A stretch of 64,000 nucleotides of DNA from Auanema rhodensis (GCA_964057225.1 OZ059897.1:14570001-14634000), one strand, 5' to 3'; counted from the stretch's first letter, positions 27,251-41,250 are shown. Notes: generated by a model from the letters alone, not told the origin. Numbers and translations: made by a program.

Positions 27251-29738
27251 TTATAAATTTGGTGGACGATCAACAGATAATGTCATTAATCCTGTAATTG
27301 TTATATTAATTTTATTATTGTTTTGCACAAAATGAAACCTTTTGCAATTGCAGCATCATAAGTCAATACTACATGACGTCTGTCAGATGTTGAACGACGT
27401 CGTAATAAGCAGGATTTTCCAGGTCTTTAATTAGAAGAATAAATGACATAGTAATTTAATGCTATACTTCGTTCTTGCAGTTGAATTACTTGGCTTTCTG
27501 TTTGCCAAGTTTAAATGGCTTAACCATTCTTCTCCAGAATGAGGTATCACGAGCTGAAATCCGTGCAATGATAGAATCAACACTTCTAATTGTAAACCTT
27601 TTCGAGTTGGGGTAATGTGGAGGTTCGCAGTACTGTCTCGCAGCCACTTGATCGACGAACTAGTACTGCGCGATCTCCTGAAGCTATAAAATTGAAAATA
27701 CATTTTGAAAATGATATTACCTAAAAAAGAACGATTCATAACATAAGGGGAGCTAGCGGTTTCAAAAGTAACTTTTTTTAATTGTGGAACTTTTTGTATT
27801 TCATTAGTTACTTTGGTAATATAATTTCCCTAAAAGGTGTCTTATATGATATATTTTGAAACTGATTTACCTTTGAACCACATTGTGGCGATATAAGAGT
27901 TTGTTTATGATCGTTTTCTCGACTTGAAGCAATGGAAGAAACTTAAAGCAGTTAAATAACTTACTAAAAACAAAGATTTTTCTAAAAACCTGGACTTTCT
28001 CTACGAGGTAAGCTACGTTGGCTCTCTTTGCTACTTCGACGACTACCACTTGTTGTACTTTCTGTTGGGCTTATACGTCGTTTAATTACTAATGGTCTAC
28101 CACCCTTCCCACGTCTAGCTGGTCTTGTTACACTGGTTGCATTATGATCATGATATTCAACTTTCTCATGATTACTTGCTTGAAGCAGAAGACGTCTGGA
28201 TTGATCTTTATCAGAGCTCTTTGATCGCTTGTCATCCTTCCTTCGTTTTTTATCCAACTTCATATCTGGTGAACCCATGTGATTCAAACTGGACGACGGT
28301 GTGTCAGATGCTACTTTTCCTACTTGCAAATTACGAGTAGTTTTCGATGTCATCATCAAGCAGCTTGGTTTATCGGTTGGCGTCTGAAAGCAACGGAAAT
28401 CTCAAGGGAAACATAGCTGACAATGTGAGACACAACATGACATTTTAGTGATTTAGGTCAATACTCGAGTAATAGTATAGAACACTAGTATATTAGAACT
28501 ATTAGAACAGTGAATGGAAATTACCAAATCATTTTTCAGGGTAATTATCATCTCCGGCGTCCATATTCTGTGTGGTTGAATGCCAGAGTTTTTATCATCT
28601 TTTCGATTTGATTTCTGAAATTTTAAAATATTAAAGTAGATACTTTAAGATTTCAGATGTCAGAACAGCTTTCTAATGTTTCTTTCTATGCACTCTGATG
28701 TTTTAAAACTTTACTTTGGGGACTATGCAATTATAGATGAAATCTTATAAATGTTCTCCATATTTTTAAAAATAATGGCCATTATAATGGCGAAATTTAG
28801 AATTTTTTTTTGATGTTTTAAACTGTATAAGAAAATGCGCTAATGTTGCCCTGCTACAGAGACTACATAGATAACGACATATTGCTACACCCGTATGATG
28901 TACGGAACAGCAGTTGATCATCAACACATTAAAATAGTTCTTCTTCGGTTTTAACCCAGTAACTCAAGGTACTAGTTGGAACCGACCATTCATTTTAAAA
29001 TGAGTCGATTATTTTTGGAAAAGCCATCCCGGGGTATCCAGGAAGGCACAAGTATCGTATGGTAGTTCAGGGTTGTGTGTTTGTTGAACTGTAATTTCAT
29101 ATCAACTGATGTACGCGAGTACCAACTTATTTTCAATACAAATTTCTGATGGCTGGTTGCATTGAAAGCTATTCCAGTTTTTTTTGGCAAAATTTATTGA
29201 AAATGTTCAGAATCAAAAAAATCATAAATTATATGAATAAAGAACAAGAATGGTCAATTTAGTTACATACTTCGCTTTTTCTCGGTTGAGGATCATCAGA
29301 ATCAGGTTCCGACTCTTTATGCTGTAGTTTAGACTCAGAGCTACGCTCTCGCCCTGAACTATGTTCAGATCTTAAATATGAATTTAATAACACATATCTA
29401 TAACACTTTTTGATATTGATTACCTTCGGAAATTAGTATAACTACTTTCTGATTTTCTCATAGTTTTATCTTCATGCCGATGTCTGGAACGTCTTGGAAC
29501 TGATGGCCCAGGCTCATCGGAGTCGTCATTGTCTTCTCGAAGAAGCTCTTTTGACACTACTCTAGGTCTGAAAATTAAGATTTTAGGTATTGATAAGCAT
29601 TTTACTAGCGTACCTAGGCAAAAGTCTATAATCATGTAGAGGAGACTCAACACTTGCTATGGAATGTCGTCGTCTTCGAACACGAGGTTTTTCTTCTTTT
29701 CTTGAAGAAACATTCAAAAGTGCAAAATAAAATGCCAT
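27251..29738 (-). CDS. Uncharacterised Ser/Arg/Lys-rich, largely disordered protein with an RVxF-like motif
   Basis: The spliced frame runs from MAFYFALLNVSSRKEEKPRVRRRRHS through ORFs 29420-29653 and 27982-28359 to ...GLMTLSVDRPPNL*. It contains KKVTF. Confidence 0.6.
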
Positions 29739-32700
29739 ATCTGAAGGTAATAAAATATAACAAAGAAATACTGAAAAATTAAGAAGAAATAGAAAAAAAT
29801 GCAAAAATAGGAGAGTGTAGTTCATCTCCAATAGCCTAAAAATGTGAGTTTTAGAAAATAAACCAGAAACTGAGAAATAAGATGGAATGGTTAAAAGACC
29901 AATGGGAGAAAAGTTTTTCTTGGTTTAGTCAATTCTAAAATTGGTATTTTGCTGGAGGCTGTTTTTATGAAAGATGAGAATTGAAGCTATGTGAGGATAG
30001 AGGAGGAGAATGACACACCCGTAGTCCTGAGGGAAACAAGGATGTTTTAGAGAGTATAGAGAAACAAAGGAAGCAAGAATACATGCCATTCAGATGATAG
30101 AATCTTCAATCAGAGCTATATTGAAGAAGATATAAACATATACGTGTAATTGAAAATTATTCAAACTTGGAATAAGGAGAACGTAAGAACGTTCACAGTT
30201 AAGCTTATAAACTTATATATATTTATGTATATATATTGTTTTCCCTATGGACATATAGTTCCGTTCAAATATTAAACATTCATATCAAAGATTGAAACAA
30301 ATGAAAGTTCGGAAGACCATTGGATAAGTAATGCCAAGTGGGAATAACTAGCTAGAAATAATAAATTTGTGTCAAACTTAAAATGAAACCAATATAAACT
30401 TACTCTTTCAGAAAATCTTTTCAAAAGTAGCAGGAAAGTTAGATACAAACGTGATCCTTTTTGGAAAAAACAACAAGATGAGCTTGGGATAAAATTTTAG
30501 AAAATATTCTCGTTTGTGTAGTTTTCAAGACAATTCGCTTATTGGTCTGCCAACTTATTGTTTCGTCTTTTTCACAATCTTGCACAACATAACCAGCTAT
30601 TAGTTAGCACTAAGATGATAGAAGCTTTGCCAAAAATAAGAATTTGGCGTTCACAAGTGCATGACTCGCACTTCCTATACACTTAACCTATAAATCGTCT
30701 TTTAGCTATTTTTCTTTTTTTTTAAATGTCATATTTGAAAGAGGAGAAGAAACTTCATATTATTGCGAGAAATTTTTAATGCAGAAAAGCAATACTGGCC
30801 TTGAACAGCCCATTTCTTTTTCTGTTTCACAATTCGTCCTGATCATGACAAATGGTCCAAAAATATATACTGTTAGACAAATAGATGAAGGAATTCGACA
30901 AACCGGCAGCTGAAACCGGACCGGTTCCGTGTGTCAGGGGCAATAGTGGTCAGTCTGATTTCAGGCTCAAATAAACTTTTTTTCATCACTTTTTAACTCC
31001 CATGTTTAAAATTTTAATCTGCGCGTAATATTTCTTTCTTTATTTCGCATGTGTAGAAGTTTTAAGCCCAAATCAGAAGCTTGCTTTAGTTTAACTGTAT
31101 AAAAACACTAAAAATAATTTTGGAAGAAACAAAAAAAAACGAAAAACAATTATTTTGACACATCATTTCATTCAAAATAGTTTGATATTGAAAAGCGATT
31201 CAAACAAAAAGTTTATTAAATTGAAAAACATTGTCATTCGACTGAATATTGACAATGATTCTGAGATGAGATACTTACGTATAACAAATCTTGTATTCAG
31301 CAATAGCTATAATCCTATAATACCTTCGATATCTTCAGCCTAAACTGATCTTATGTTATTACTTTTCTTCTTCTTTTTCTTCAAAAATTTTCATTTAAAG
31401 ATTCGGTACAACATCCTGTTCTTAATTTTGCGAGAATTTCCGCTCTAGCCACTTAAATCTACAGAATATATGAGATGCTCATATACTGAGACAGCTAGAA
31501 AACATAGTTTCCGTTTATCTTCTCAACTTTTTCTTCATATCGTGTCAAGAATCTTATTTTTTTTCGAAACAAGTTTAAAAAGTTGCTGTCTCGAATATAT
31601 TCATGTTGCTCTCTCAAAAAATAATATACATTTGAGCTATTTTCTTAAAATTTAACATGCTTTTTCAGTGTGTAACATAACATAGAATATAGAAAAAGTA
31701 AAATAAAAGTACAAATCCCTCTATAATTTCTCTCTTTTTCAAATCTCTATACTATAAGCATGGGAAGAACAATCTGTCAATTTTTGAAGCTTTTGTTGTG
31801 ATGCATGTGATGAAGCGAAAATGACTGAAAAGGAGAATAAAGCAAAAGATAAACTCACCTATTGTGGAAAATGGTCATTTAAGACAATAGGGGAATGACT
31901 CAAAAATGATGTTCTCGGGTTTCATGAGCTATGTCAACTTCAAATTTGGCTTGATAGCACAATCTTATTTTTAGTTGATTTTTTTGCGAAATCAAATAAT
32001 TCACGTTGACCGTATGCTATGATATTCGACTACTCTATCCTTTCAACTCAATGAGTTCACGAAAAGATTTCTTTTTCAAATATCAGATATATCAATATAT
32101 CTAAATCCAAATTCTTTTGTTATCAGAGTTCATATCGATTCACTTCTAAAACATCAAAAAACATACTACAGCCTAAAAGGAGCCCGTTTTCACATTTTTT
32201 TTGAGAAAAAACCAAATAAAATTTTGTTAATTTGTAAAGATTATACACAAATCAAACAGTTGAATAGCACGACACAATAAAAATAGAAACATTTGAACTA
32301 ATCGAAAGTATATTTATCTTTCATAACCTACTTTTTTTTTATTTTTCTCCCCCCCAACACCATCAAATTCTTTTCTCTCTATCTTTCTATCTTTCTCTCT
32401 CTCACTCTCCTATCCTGTTTGAGCATTTTTTAAAATGCTACGGCCTGCACCGTATACTTTTCTTCGACATCTTCTTGTCATCTTTAACTAATAAGCGCTT
32501 TGCCTAAATTTGGCTCTTTTGACTGAAAAAAATTCGAAGAACAAGCTGGAACTTTTTGAACAAAAACTTAAGAACAACGATTATATTTTTGAAACTAAGC
32601 TTAAGTGTTGCTTTCTTCGAATTTCTCTCAAGGTGATCACAAGCATTTTGAAACCATTCAATATATATTAGTATTTACTTTTTGTTTTTGTTTTTCAGTT

Positions 32701-32833
32701 TTTTCTAAATTTCATAACAATTGAAAATTTCAAGATAATTTTTAATTTGATTTACCACTTTTTCAAAAATAAACACAAAGATCACGAAGATCTTGTGATC
32801 TCGGCTCTTCATATAAATCAAAAAGAGTTTCAC

Positions 32834-32940
32834 GATAAGAATATCTCCTTACTTAGAAAAAACTTCAACGATAAGTGATAAGATAGTCCAAAACAGTAAT
32901 GTTATTGAAGAAAAGTAAACGCAGGAACAAGATAAGTATC
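32834..32940. promoter_or_regulatory. Cluster of GATA-factor sites
   Basis: GATAAG at 32834, 32870, 32877 and 32931 within ~105 bp of a long intergenic region. Confidence 0.4.
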
Positions 32941-34864
32941 TCAAGTGCATGAAACACTCATACCCTTGTTTTCCGGTTAATCATCTCAGCAAAGCCCCTG
33001 TTCTCACTATCTCTTCTTCTTCACCTCTCTCTTTATCGTTTTCATGAAATTCCTTCTTGCCTGATTGACAGGCTGACTGGCTAGCTATTCGCACAGCACT
33101 GTGCTTTTGGGCAAATACTATATGTCACCTGGGAGGGACGAACAGATTGTAGAACTGACAGAGGTGAGGGAGTTGAGCCGTCCATTATCGTGCTCAACCG
33201 GTCCAGCCACTGATCAGCCAGCTAGCTGTTGCCTGTCTTGCTCCTACGTTCACTCATTGCTGACTATGCTATTAGCTCAGCTCTGTTTCTTGTTTCTTCG
33301 CCTGGTCTCCTCACTTCTCTCAATTCCTCTTTTCAGCTACCGTCGCATTCTATCGTTTGACCATCCTCTCACATTTCTCGCATCTCTCTCGATTTTTCTC
33401 TTTCACTAGCCCTTGTCCAATCCGATACAGAATCCGAAAGAGGGTATGGAGCGTTAGTTCGAACGGCGAAGAGCGCTGTGCTCGTCGTGACGGTCTCTCC
33501 TATTCTGTTTAAGTGGATTCTCCTCACCTAGCAGATTGAGCTTATTTTGCCCTCTTCCTTTCATTCTTCTATCTTTCGCCTTTCTCCAACTTACATCTGC
33601 TTCTTATATTCAGCAACTTTCCGCTACCTTTACAAGAAATTTGAGAGACTGAATAACTATATTTGTCTATATTCCTTGATCTTTAATGAAATTGTTATAT
33701 ATTTGTAACTATTTATTTTTATGAAGAGCTCATACTTAAGCTTCTAACACATCTCTTGTCAGTTATGAGCCAGTGTGACTCACATGTTTCATTCAATGTA
33801 CTTTAAGGAATTTGTTCCCTTTTGTTTCAAAAAATACTTGACATCTCGAAAGTCATCGCACCTTCTTCAATTCTTCCTTCTTCTTTTTATCCCTCCCGAC
33901 CAGTGCAATTATGGGAGTTTCTTCTGCTTATAAGATTCTCCGCATTTTTGAGCATTTTCAACTCAATCATGTACTGATAAATAATATATATTTTATTATA
34001 TTTATATATATTATGATAGTTTGTTCATTGAAATCTTACTTATTTTACTTTTCTGTAGTCTCATCTTCTTTTTTGTATGTAACTAACCAAGGTAGGCTTT
34101 TGATATTCACCTAATAGTTATAAATACATTTTTCTTCTTACACATATTCTCAATTTTCATAAAAATAAAACAAAATAGGAACCGAAAGGAGACTTTTATT
34201 TTCATTAAATTGATCTAACCCTTTCGCATACTGTTGTTTTCGAAAATGTTGGTTAAAGTCGTTGGTGTTTTTCTCTGTTACAGCTCTATTAATTCATCCA
34301 TTTTATCGTTCCCTCTCCTTCTCCGAGCAAGCGGCTTCTGCAGAGCAATAACTTGCATTTTTAGAAAACAGAGCAAGTCGCTGTTAATCGGATTACACGA
34401 TGTTTCCTGGTTGTTTAGGTACACACGAACTTGCAAAAAAGCTTCAATCATCTCGATTCTTCACCTCTCCGAGTTGTGACGTCTTCTAGTACGAAATTCT
34501 AAAATTAGCCACAAAAATTTAAACCAGATTTTGGAATTGCCAGATTCCCTCCGTTTTTTTTGTCTTAATGATTTTTAATCTTTCACTAATTATTGTTTTA
34601 AAGATTTAAATATTAAAGAATTTATGAAGAAAGTTGGAAAATTATTTTATTACAATCGTATACTACTTTTGTTTTCGTTTACTGTTCTATTTTACTGTTA
34701 CTCTACTTAGTTTCTTACTTTTTTAATTGCTATACGAATAGATTTATAATAATAATTTTCACATTTTAGTTATTAGTTTCTAAATTTTCCGGAAGAACAT
34801 CTTCAATTTCACTATTGTCTATCTTAAATCTGAATGTTATCGTTTCAAAAGACGTGGTGAATGA

Positions 34865-37574
34865 ATGAAGTACATTTTTCTTCTGTCTCTGTTAGTAAAT
34901 ATAGAGGTTTGTATAATTATTATAACTATTTTCATATAATTTTTATATTTTAGAATCGGTTATTTTGTTCGGGTTCATCGATATTAGTTGATTGGTCACC
35001 TTATGTGGTTCCAAATGTTCAAGCATATGTTCTAGATTATTCACCTCCAGTTGGATTTCCTCCAGCAGGAACATCACTAGCTTCGTAATCACTTCAATTT
35101 ATAAATTTAATTTTATTAAATAATAATTTAGAAATGCTCGTAGAGCTTTACTTAATGGTACAATATCAGCAACAGAATATACAATCTATTTATCAGCTAT
35201 AACAACTGATGGATCAAGAACTAATGTTACAGAATTAACATTCTTTAGTAGTAAGTATTTTATAATTTTAGTTTTTTCTATTAAATTCTTTCAAATTAAT
35301 ATTCAAAATCAATACGCTTGTTGTGCATAATCTAATTATACTAGAAGTTTATTTCCGTTATTTTGAAAGCTCTTCAGAAAAGCTTGAACTTCTATCTTCT
35401 TCAAGTTTATAGTGAAGCAAACAATCACATATTATTCTTGACAAGATCGTGGTATTATTGGATTAAACTGTATTTTCATAAAACATTAAAGTTTGTTGAT
35501 TAACAACATAAACTAAACTGTTTTTCTTGGACATTGGTTCGTAGATGATGTAAGCAGCTTCTTCATGAATTCTGAAGCTGTGGAAACATATGTGATTACT
35601 GTGCTTTATTTATTTATAAGATTAGGTTATTGGTTAAGCGCCAAACGATCATCTTAGTCTCTCTTATCTATCTCTCGTCTATGCTCTTCTCTCTCTCTCA
35701 TCTTCATCTATTCAACAAAATTTACATAACGCATAATAGTATTAAAGAAACAAATACAAGTGAAAGCAATAGTTATGTTTCAAATATTATACTTTTTACT
35801 TTAAGTCATATAGGGAAAATAACTTTAGTTGATTAACCACATTGAATTTATTTATTCAATCCTATTTTCAGGTCCTGATCCTCCAATTCTGGATACAATT
35901 GAAACAACAGAACATGAAGCCACAATTTCATATTTCCCACCACAGGGATCAAATCTTAGTTATTATATTGGTAGATATAACATCTTCTTATACTTTATTT
36001 ATAATTTTATATTTAAGAATACTATCCAGAAGGACATCAAGAATATTCAAATGTTTTAGAAACTAAAGCATCAGTGTTTAGATTACGTGGATTAGATAGT
36101 GGAGTTTCATTTCGAATTAAGGTGAATATTGAAAGATAAACAACCGTTTCAATCAATGCATAAAATGAAAATGAATTTCACTAAAAACTTCTGTTTTCAG
36201 ATTAAAACCATCTTTCGTAATGTAAGATCAGAAAAGGGTATTGAAGCATCTTTTAAAACACAAGGAGAACGTAAGTATTCACTAAAAATAATAAAAAATA
36301 TTCTATCTATATTGAATAGTTTCTATATTACTTTTATTTTTTGATTGTTCAATTGTTGTCTATCGAAAGAAAGTTGAGAAACAACTCAAATTGAAAACTT
36401 GTAGATTTTCCGATTGTTCACTTCCTTTTGTAACTCAGCAACAGCAATTTAAGTGTTGTCTTAAACATATCTAGTTGCTGTTTTCAATCCTTCGTCTTTT
36501 TTATTTCAGTCGTTCAATTCTGCTTTTTCACAAAGTTAGCTTATTGAAAACACTAAATAGGGGGTAAAATAGATGACGAATACACGAATTTCACATCTTT
36601 TTCAACTCTTCTTTCTCCGTTTCTCTCATTCCCTCTTTCATAATCCATGAGTTTATTGCTTTCTCGCTTTGCTAGTTTCTGTAATACCTCGTACCTTTCA
36701 TCACCTATCTTCCCTCCCAAAACGCAAACGATACGGTGACATAAAGGGAGGGGGGAGGACATTTTCAAAGCTAACGTGAAATTTGAGCTTTCTCTCCTCT
36801 ATAGCTTTGTATAAGAAAGGACGGTGAATCAATCAGTAGGTAGAAAAATTAGTTGAATATGCTCAAAGGAATATAGAGAAGGAACACAGATCTGAATAGT
36901 TTGTTTTCTATTAGAAGAATATATTGAACATTTTTCACATTTCAAAAATCAACTGCATATACCATCCTATTTCATATATGTAATTATAAAAAAACAATTT
37001 ATTTACGAGTTAGTTACAAATAGTTATATAAATCTCATATTAAATAATAATAATATGATTATAAACTTTATTTTTTGCAGCAAATTATGATTACTCAAGT
37101 TCTGGTTCGGGTGAATTGTTCAGTGTTCGAACACTCCCTCCTGATTTCAATTTAGCTACTACACCTCCACCTACAGATTATGAAGATTATTCTAAAGAAT
37201 ATACGACAGAAGGTATTTCTATATTTTTTTCTCTTTAATTGAGTGTTGTACTTACTTGGCTAAATAAGTGTCATTTCTCTTCATTTTAGACAACTCTGCG
37301 GAAGCGCAAACAGTAGGTGGACTGCTCACGTCAACCTTACAGACCGTAAAAGCATCTGGTAAGTGCTATGAAAGAGATTTCATAAATGCGAAAGGTTCTT
37401 AAACAAACTGAAAAAAAATTTCAAAAGGTTTTTCTTAACTGAGGGAACTAAATGTGCAACTCAAAAGCACAATTTGTTTCGAAATCAATAAGGTAGACAA
37501 TTCCAGTATCTCCTGTTCATGTACCTATAATAAGAACTGATTCTACAACTACAACGTCAACTACTGCTAGTACT

Positions 37575-37605
<31 letters not shown>

Positions 37606-40236
37606 CGACAACAACGCCAACAACTGCAACAACTACATTGACTTCTCCAATCACAACAGAAAGTCCTAAAACAACTATTAGGTAACGAAATAAGAAGAAT
37701 AACAATGAAATATAAAATACACTTCAGAACACCAGCGTTACCTAATACATTTTCTGAATTATCTAAGAGTAATGCTGCTCCAGCTTCATCAGAAACGAAA
37801 GCTACAACAACACCTAAGCCAACAACTAAGATGAACGCTGAAGAAATTGACACTGGAGATTATGATAATGGGGAGGTATTCATTAAAATTCCTGTATTTT
37901 TAAATTTTCTTTCTCATTCATTTTAGAGTTTTAATCTCATATCTCTGGAAGAGATGGTTCAAGAATATGGAGAACCATCCTACATTGATATGTCTCAAGA
38001 AGAGACTATGGTTAGGTTGGATTGGCATGTACCTGAAGGTACTGTATGCGATGCATTCTTCCTGAATTATACAATCTTAACCTTATCTCGACCCAAATCA
38101 TTTTCAATAGCAACAACTGATGAATTCACCCTTTTAAAGGTAGTTTTGTTTAAAATTAATAAAATTTATATAATTTTCTATAATTAGATGTTCCCTGAAC
38201 ATTCTCTAGATCTTCGAGTTTTTTGTATGTTGGCTGGATCACTTTCAAAAACATGGTGGGCTCATCGAATAGCTTTTCTGGGAAGTACGACCTTCAGTTT
38301 CATTGTCCTTATTTAACATATGAAATCTATTTTAAGAGCCGAAGCCCATTGAAGGGTTCCGTGTTGATTCAACAATTACGGATGAATTTTATGTGGCTTC
38401 TGTTACCTTAGATTGGAAATGGCCTGTAATACATGATTTCAATGTTTATAAGATTGTTGTTACGTATAGACTTGGAAAAGTAATTTAGTAATGATGTGTC
38501 GGATTTAAAATACAAAATGATTTTAGGCTCAAGAACAAGAAATAGAAGTTTCAGAAGAAGGTCCGGTAAAAATTGATAAATTGGAACCAGCTCAACAATA
38601 CAGTTTCTCTGTTCGAAATGAATCAATTGAACTTCATTTAGTATCAAAACGTATTGAAATTAATCAAATTACTCGTGAGTTTTAATTAGAAGAAAGAATA
38701 AAATCTGTTGTTTTAGCTCCTCTTATCTCTTCAACAGTATATCCTGGTCAAATATCTTCAACAGCTATTAATATCAACTTCGGTGAATCTGATCCAGAGC
38801 AAGGACGATTTGATCATTATGAATTAACTTTCACAGGAAATAATAAGAATATTACAAGAAGAATTGATATGGATCAAGAGTAAGTTCAGAAATTTTAATT
38901 GTCAACTGTTAATTTCTTATTATATTAGACGTTCACTTACATTTACCAAGCTTATACCTGGAAAAACATATGAATTCTCGCTGTATACTGTATACAAAGG
39001 AATAAGAAGTAGACCAGTTAAAGAATCAGTTACTACATGTATGGTTTTTCTTAAATTATACTTTTAATTATTTAATAATATTTAGATCCATTGAAAGTTA
39101 ATCAATTATTCCCAGTGGTTGGAAAAGATTATGTTGTATTGTATTGGGATATTGAAAATTTCGCCGATAGTGATTGTCGATATCGTGTCAGGTGAGTATA
39201 TTATTCAATATAATTTTGGAATAAATGTGTTTTTAGTTATAATGCTGATAAGATTCCTCCTGTTTCTGCTGAACTACGAGGTGCTAGCCGTCATAGGTTT
39301 AGTAATCTACAGGCTGATGTATATTATACGTTCACCATTTTGGTCATCATGGGTAGTGGTAAAGCAGCAGCTGAAAGTGAAAGTGAAATGGTTACCGTAC
39401 ATATTCCTAAAGGTTTTTTTAATTGAAAAAAAACTTCATATAAACCATTCTTTTCAGGAAAATTAAGTCCGAAAGTTCAACGAGCAGGAACAAGAGAACT
39501 ATCGGTTGAATGGGAGAATGATTACAATGTTTTTAACAGCTTGAATGGAGAAATAAAAAACTATGCTGTTATAGTTAGTGATAACTATGAAGTAAATTTT
39601 TATTTTTATTTTTATTTTTAACTTTAATTTTAAGAGTAACGATGATGTATATGAATTAAAATCCTGGTATGAAGTAAAACACGAAGAAGGTAAATGGGGA
39701 TCGTATAGGTAAATCAAACAAACTGTCAAACTTCACAGTTAAAATTCCTATTTTTAGAGCTTCGCCTTCCGATTATTATCCGTTCAGTAACGAAGTTCAA
39801 AGTGCGGTTTATACTGTAGGGACAGATGATTGTATACGAAGAAGTTTAGATGAACCTGTATGTATTTAGATTTGAAAAACAAATTAAGTAATCGTATGAT
39901 TTAGTATTGTAATGGTATATTGAGATCAAATACAACTTATATGATCAAAATTCGAGCTTATACTGACACAAATGTAGCAGTGGAATCAGAATGGGGAGCA
40001 ATAGATGGCGTTGTTGCAACTGGCGAAGAAGAAGAAAAAGGAGGTTTGTCTTTCTTATACTCTTTGAATATTATTTTAAATTTTTTTATTGATCATATAA
40101 AATTACAGGAAAACGATTACCTTGTTATATGTATTTAAATGGTTGTAATGGCAAAGAATCGAAATCAACAACTTCGATTCTATCTATAACTACTTCTATC
40201 ATAATTCCAATATTGCTTTTACTCAGGTTACTATAG
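34865..40236 (+). CDS. Fibronectin type III repeat cell-surface protein resembling an R3 receptor-PTP ectodomain, with a Thr-rich region and GPI-like tail; no phosphatase domain
   Basis: Signal [16 protein letters not shown]3 repeats ([40 protein letters not shown]). Juxtamembrane-type block [12 protein letters not shown]...VGTDDC...[20 protein letters not shown]. Ends [15 protein letters not shown]. Confidence 0.8.
37574..37635 (+). repeat. Coding (ACA)n microsatellite giving a poly-Thr mucin-like tract
   Basis: ACAACAACA... read in frame as a Thr run inside an exon of the FN3 gene. Confidence 0.85.
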
Positions 40237-40807
40237 CTTTCTTAAGTAATCTAGCAACCTAGTGACATAATTCCGTCTTTGTTTTGTATTTATAGCTCGC
40301 TCAAAACTCCAAAGTATAAATATAATATATAGAGCCAACAAATTATTCCTTCCCTATTTATTATTCGTTTTTACTAGTTAAATTTTGATATTTGTTTAAA
40401 TAATTATAACTAATATTTTACTTTTAATACATATGTAACATATCTTTATTACAAATTGAAATTTCTAAGGAATTAATCCGAAATTTCTGATCGCAATTCA
40501 TGCCGATGTGTCTTCTCATATGGGTTTACAGGTTCATACTAATGTATGTTTTCCTAATTGTCTTTCTAGTTTATCATATCGTTTTATACCATTAGAAACT
40601 ACTTCCTTTCTGCTTTCTTTCAGTATATGTTGTAAAATTTTAAATATACAAGAAATAAATTTTTTTTTGTTCAAAGCAAGTCGTAATTATGTTGTACAAT
40701 TAGATTTTGAAAAATAGTATAAGAAAAGAGAAATTGTTGAGTGTTTTTTAATTTTGATGACCGTTCGTCTGGACATCTAAGTAGACAAAGTGGTGGTCAA
40801 AATCTAA

Positions 40808-40817
40808 AACAGCTGTT
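40808..40817. promoter_or_regulatory. Palindromic E-box AACAGCTGTT (HLH-1/MyoD-type) upstream of the sarcoglycan gene
   Basis: Perfect 10-bp palindrome with a CAGCTG core ~430 bp upstream of a muscle gene ATG. Confidence 0.4.
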
Positions 40818-41250
40818 GCTATTCTGCCGTCATCTTGAAGTTGTTGTAATAGATGCCTAAAGGCTTCCACTCATGTCAACCTCTTTTGTGATCGATTATC
40901 TCATTATTAGACTAACTTCTTCCTTAATTCCCTTTTTTATTATTTCTACTTAAAATTTAGTTTTCAAACAAGAATATTTAGGAATAATAACAAAACGTTG
41001 TTCTTAAAGCTATAATGTTTCTTAAAATCTTGTGATGCACAGACGTTGTAACTTATTCTTAATACTATAGAGCATTGTAAAAATATTTATTTCTTACTTT
41101 CTAATACATTTGATTTAACTACAACCTACTTATTTTTTATCTTAACTATTGAAAATATTATATTCGTTATTTAAATTCTTGATAGCTTCATTACATACTA
41201 TATGTACTAGCAACTTTTTAAGCTAACTAAAAAGTTCAAACTTGTTCAAA

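Noticed and set aside
33101-33409. 102-aa ORF with hydrophobic tail
   Set aside because: GTG start; the hydrophobicity comes from CT-rich non-coding sequence.
37517-37853. Poly-Val and poly-Cys ORFs on the minus strand
   Set aside because: Antisense shadows of the (ACA)n poly-Thr exon.
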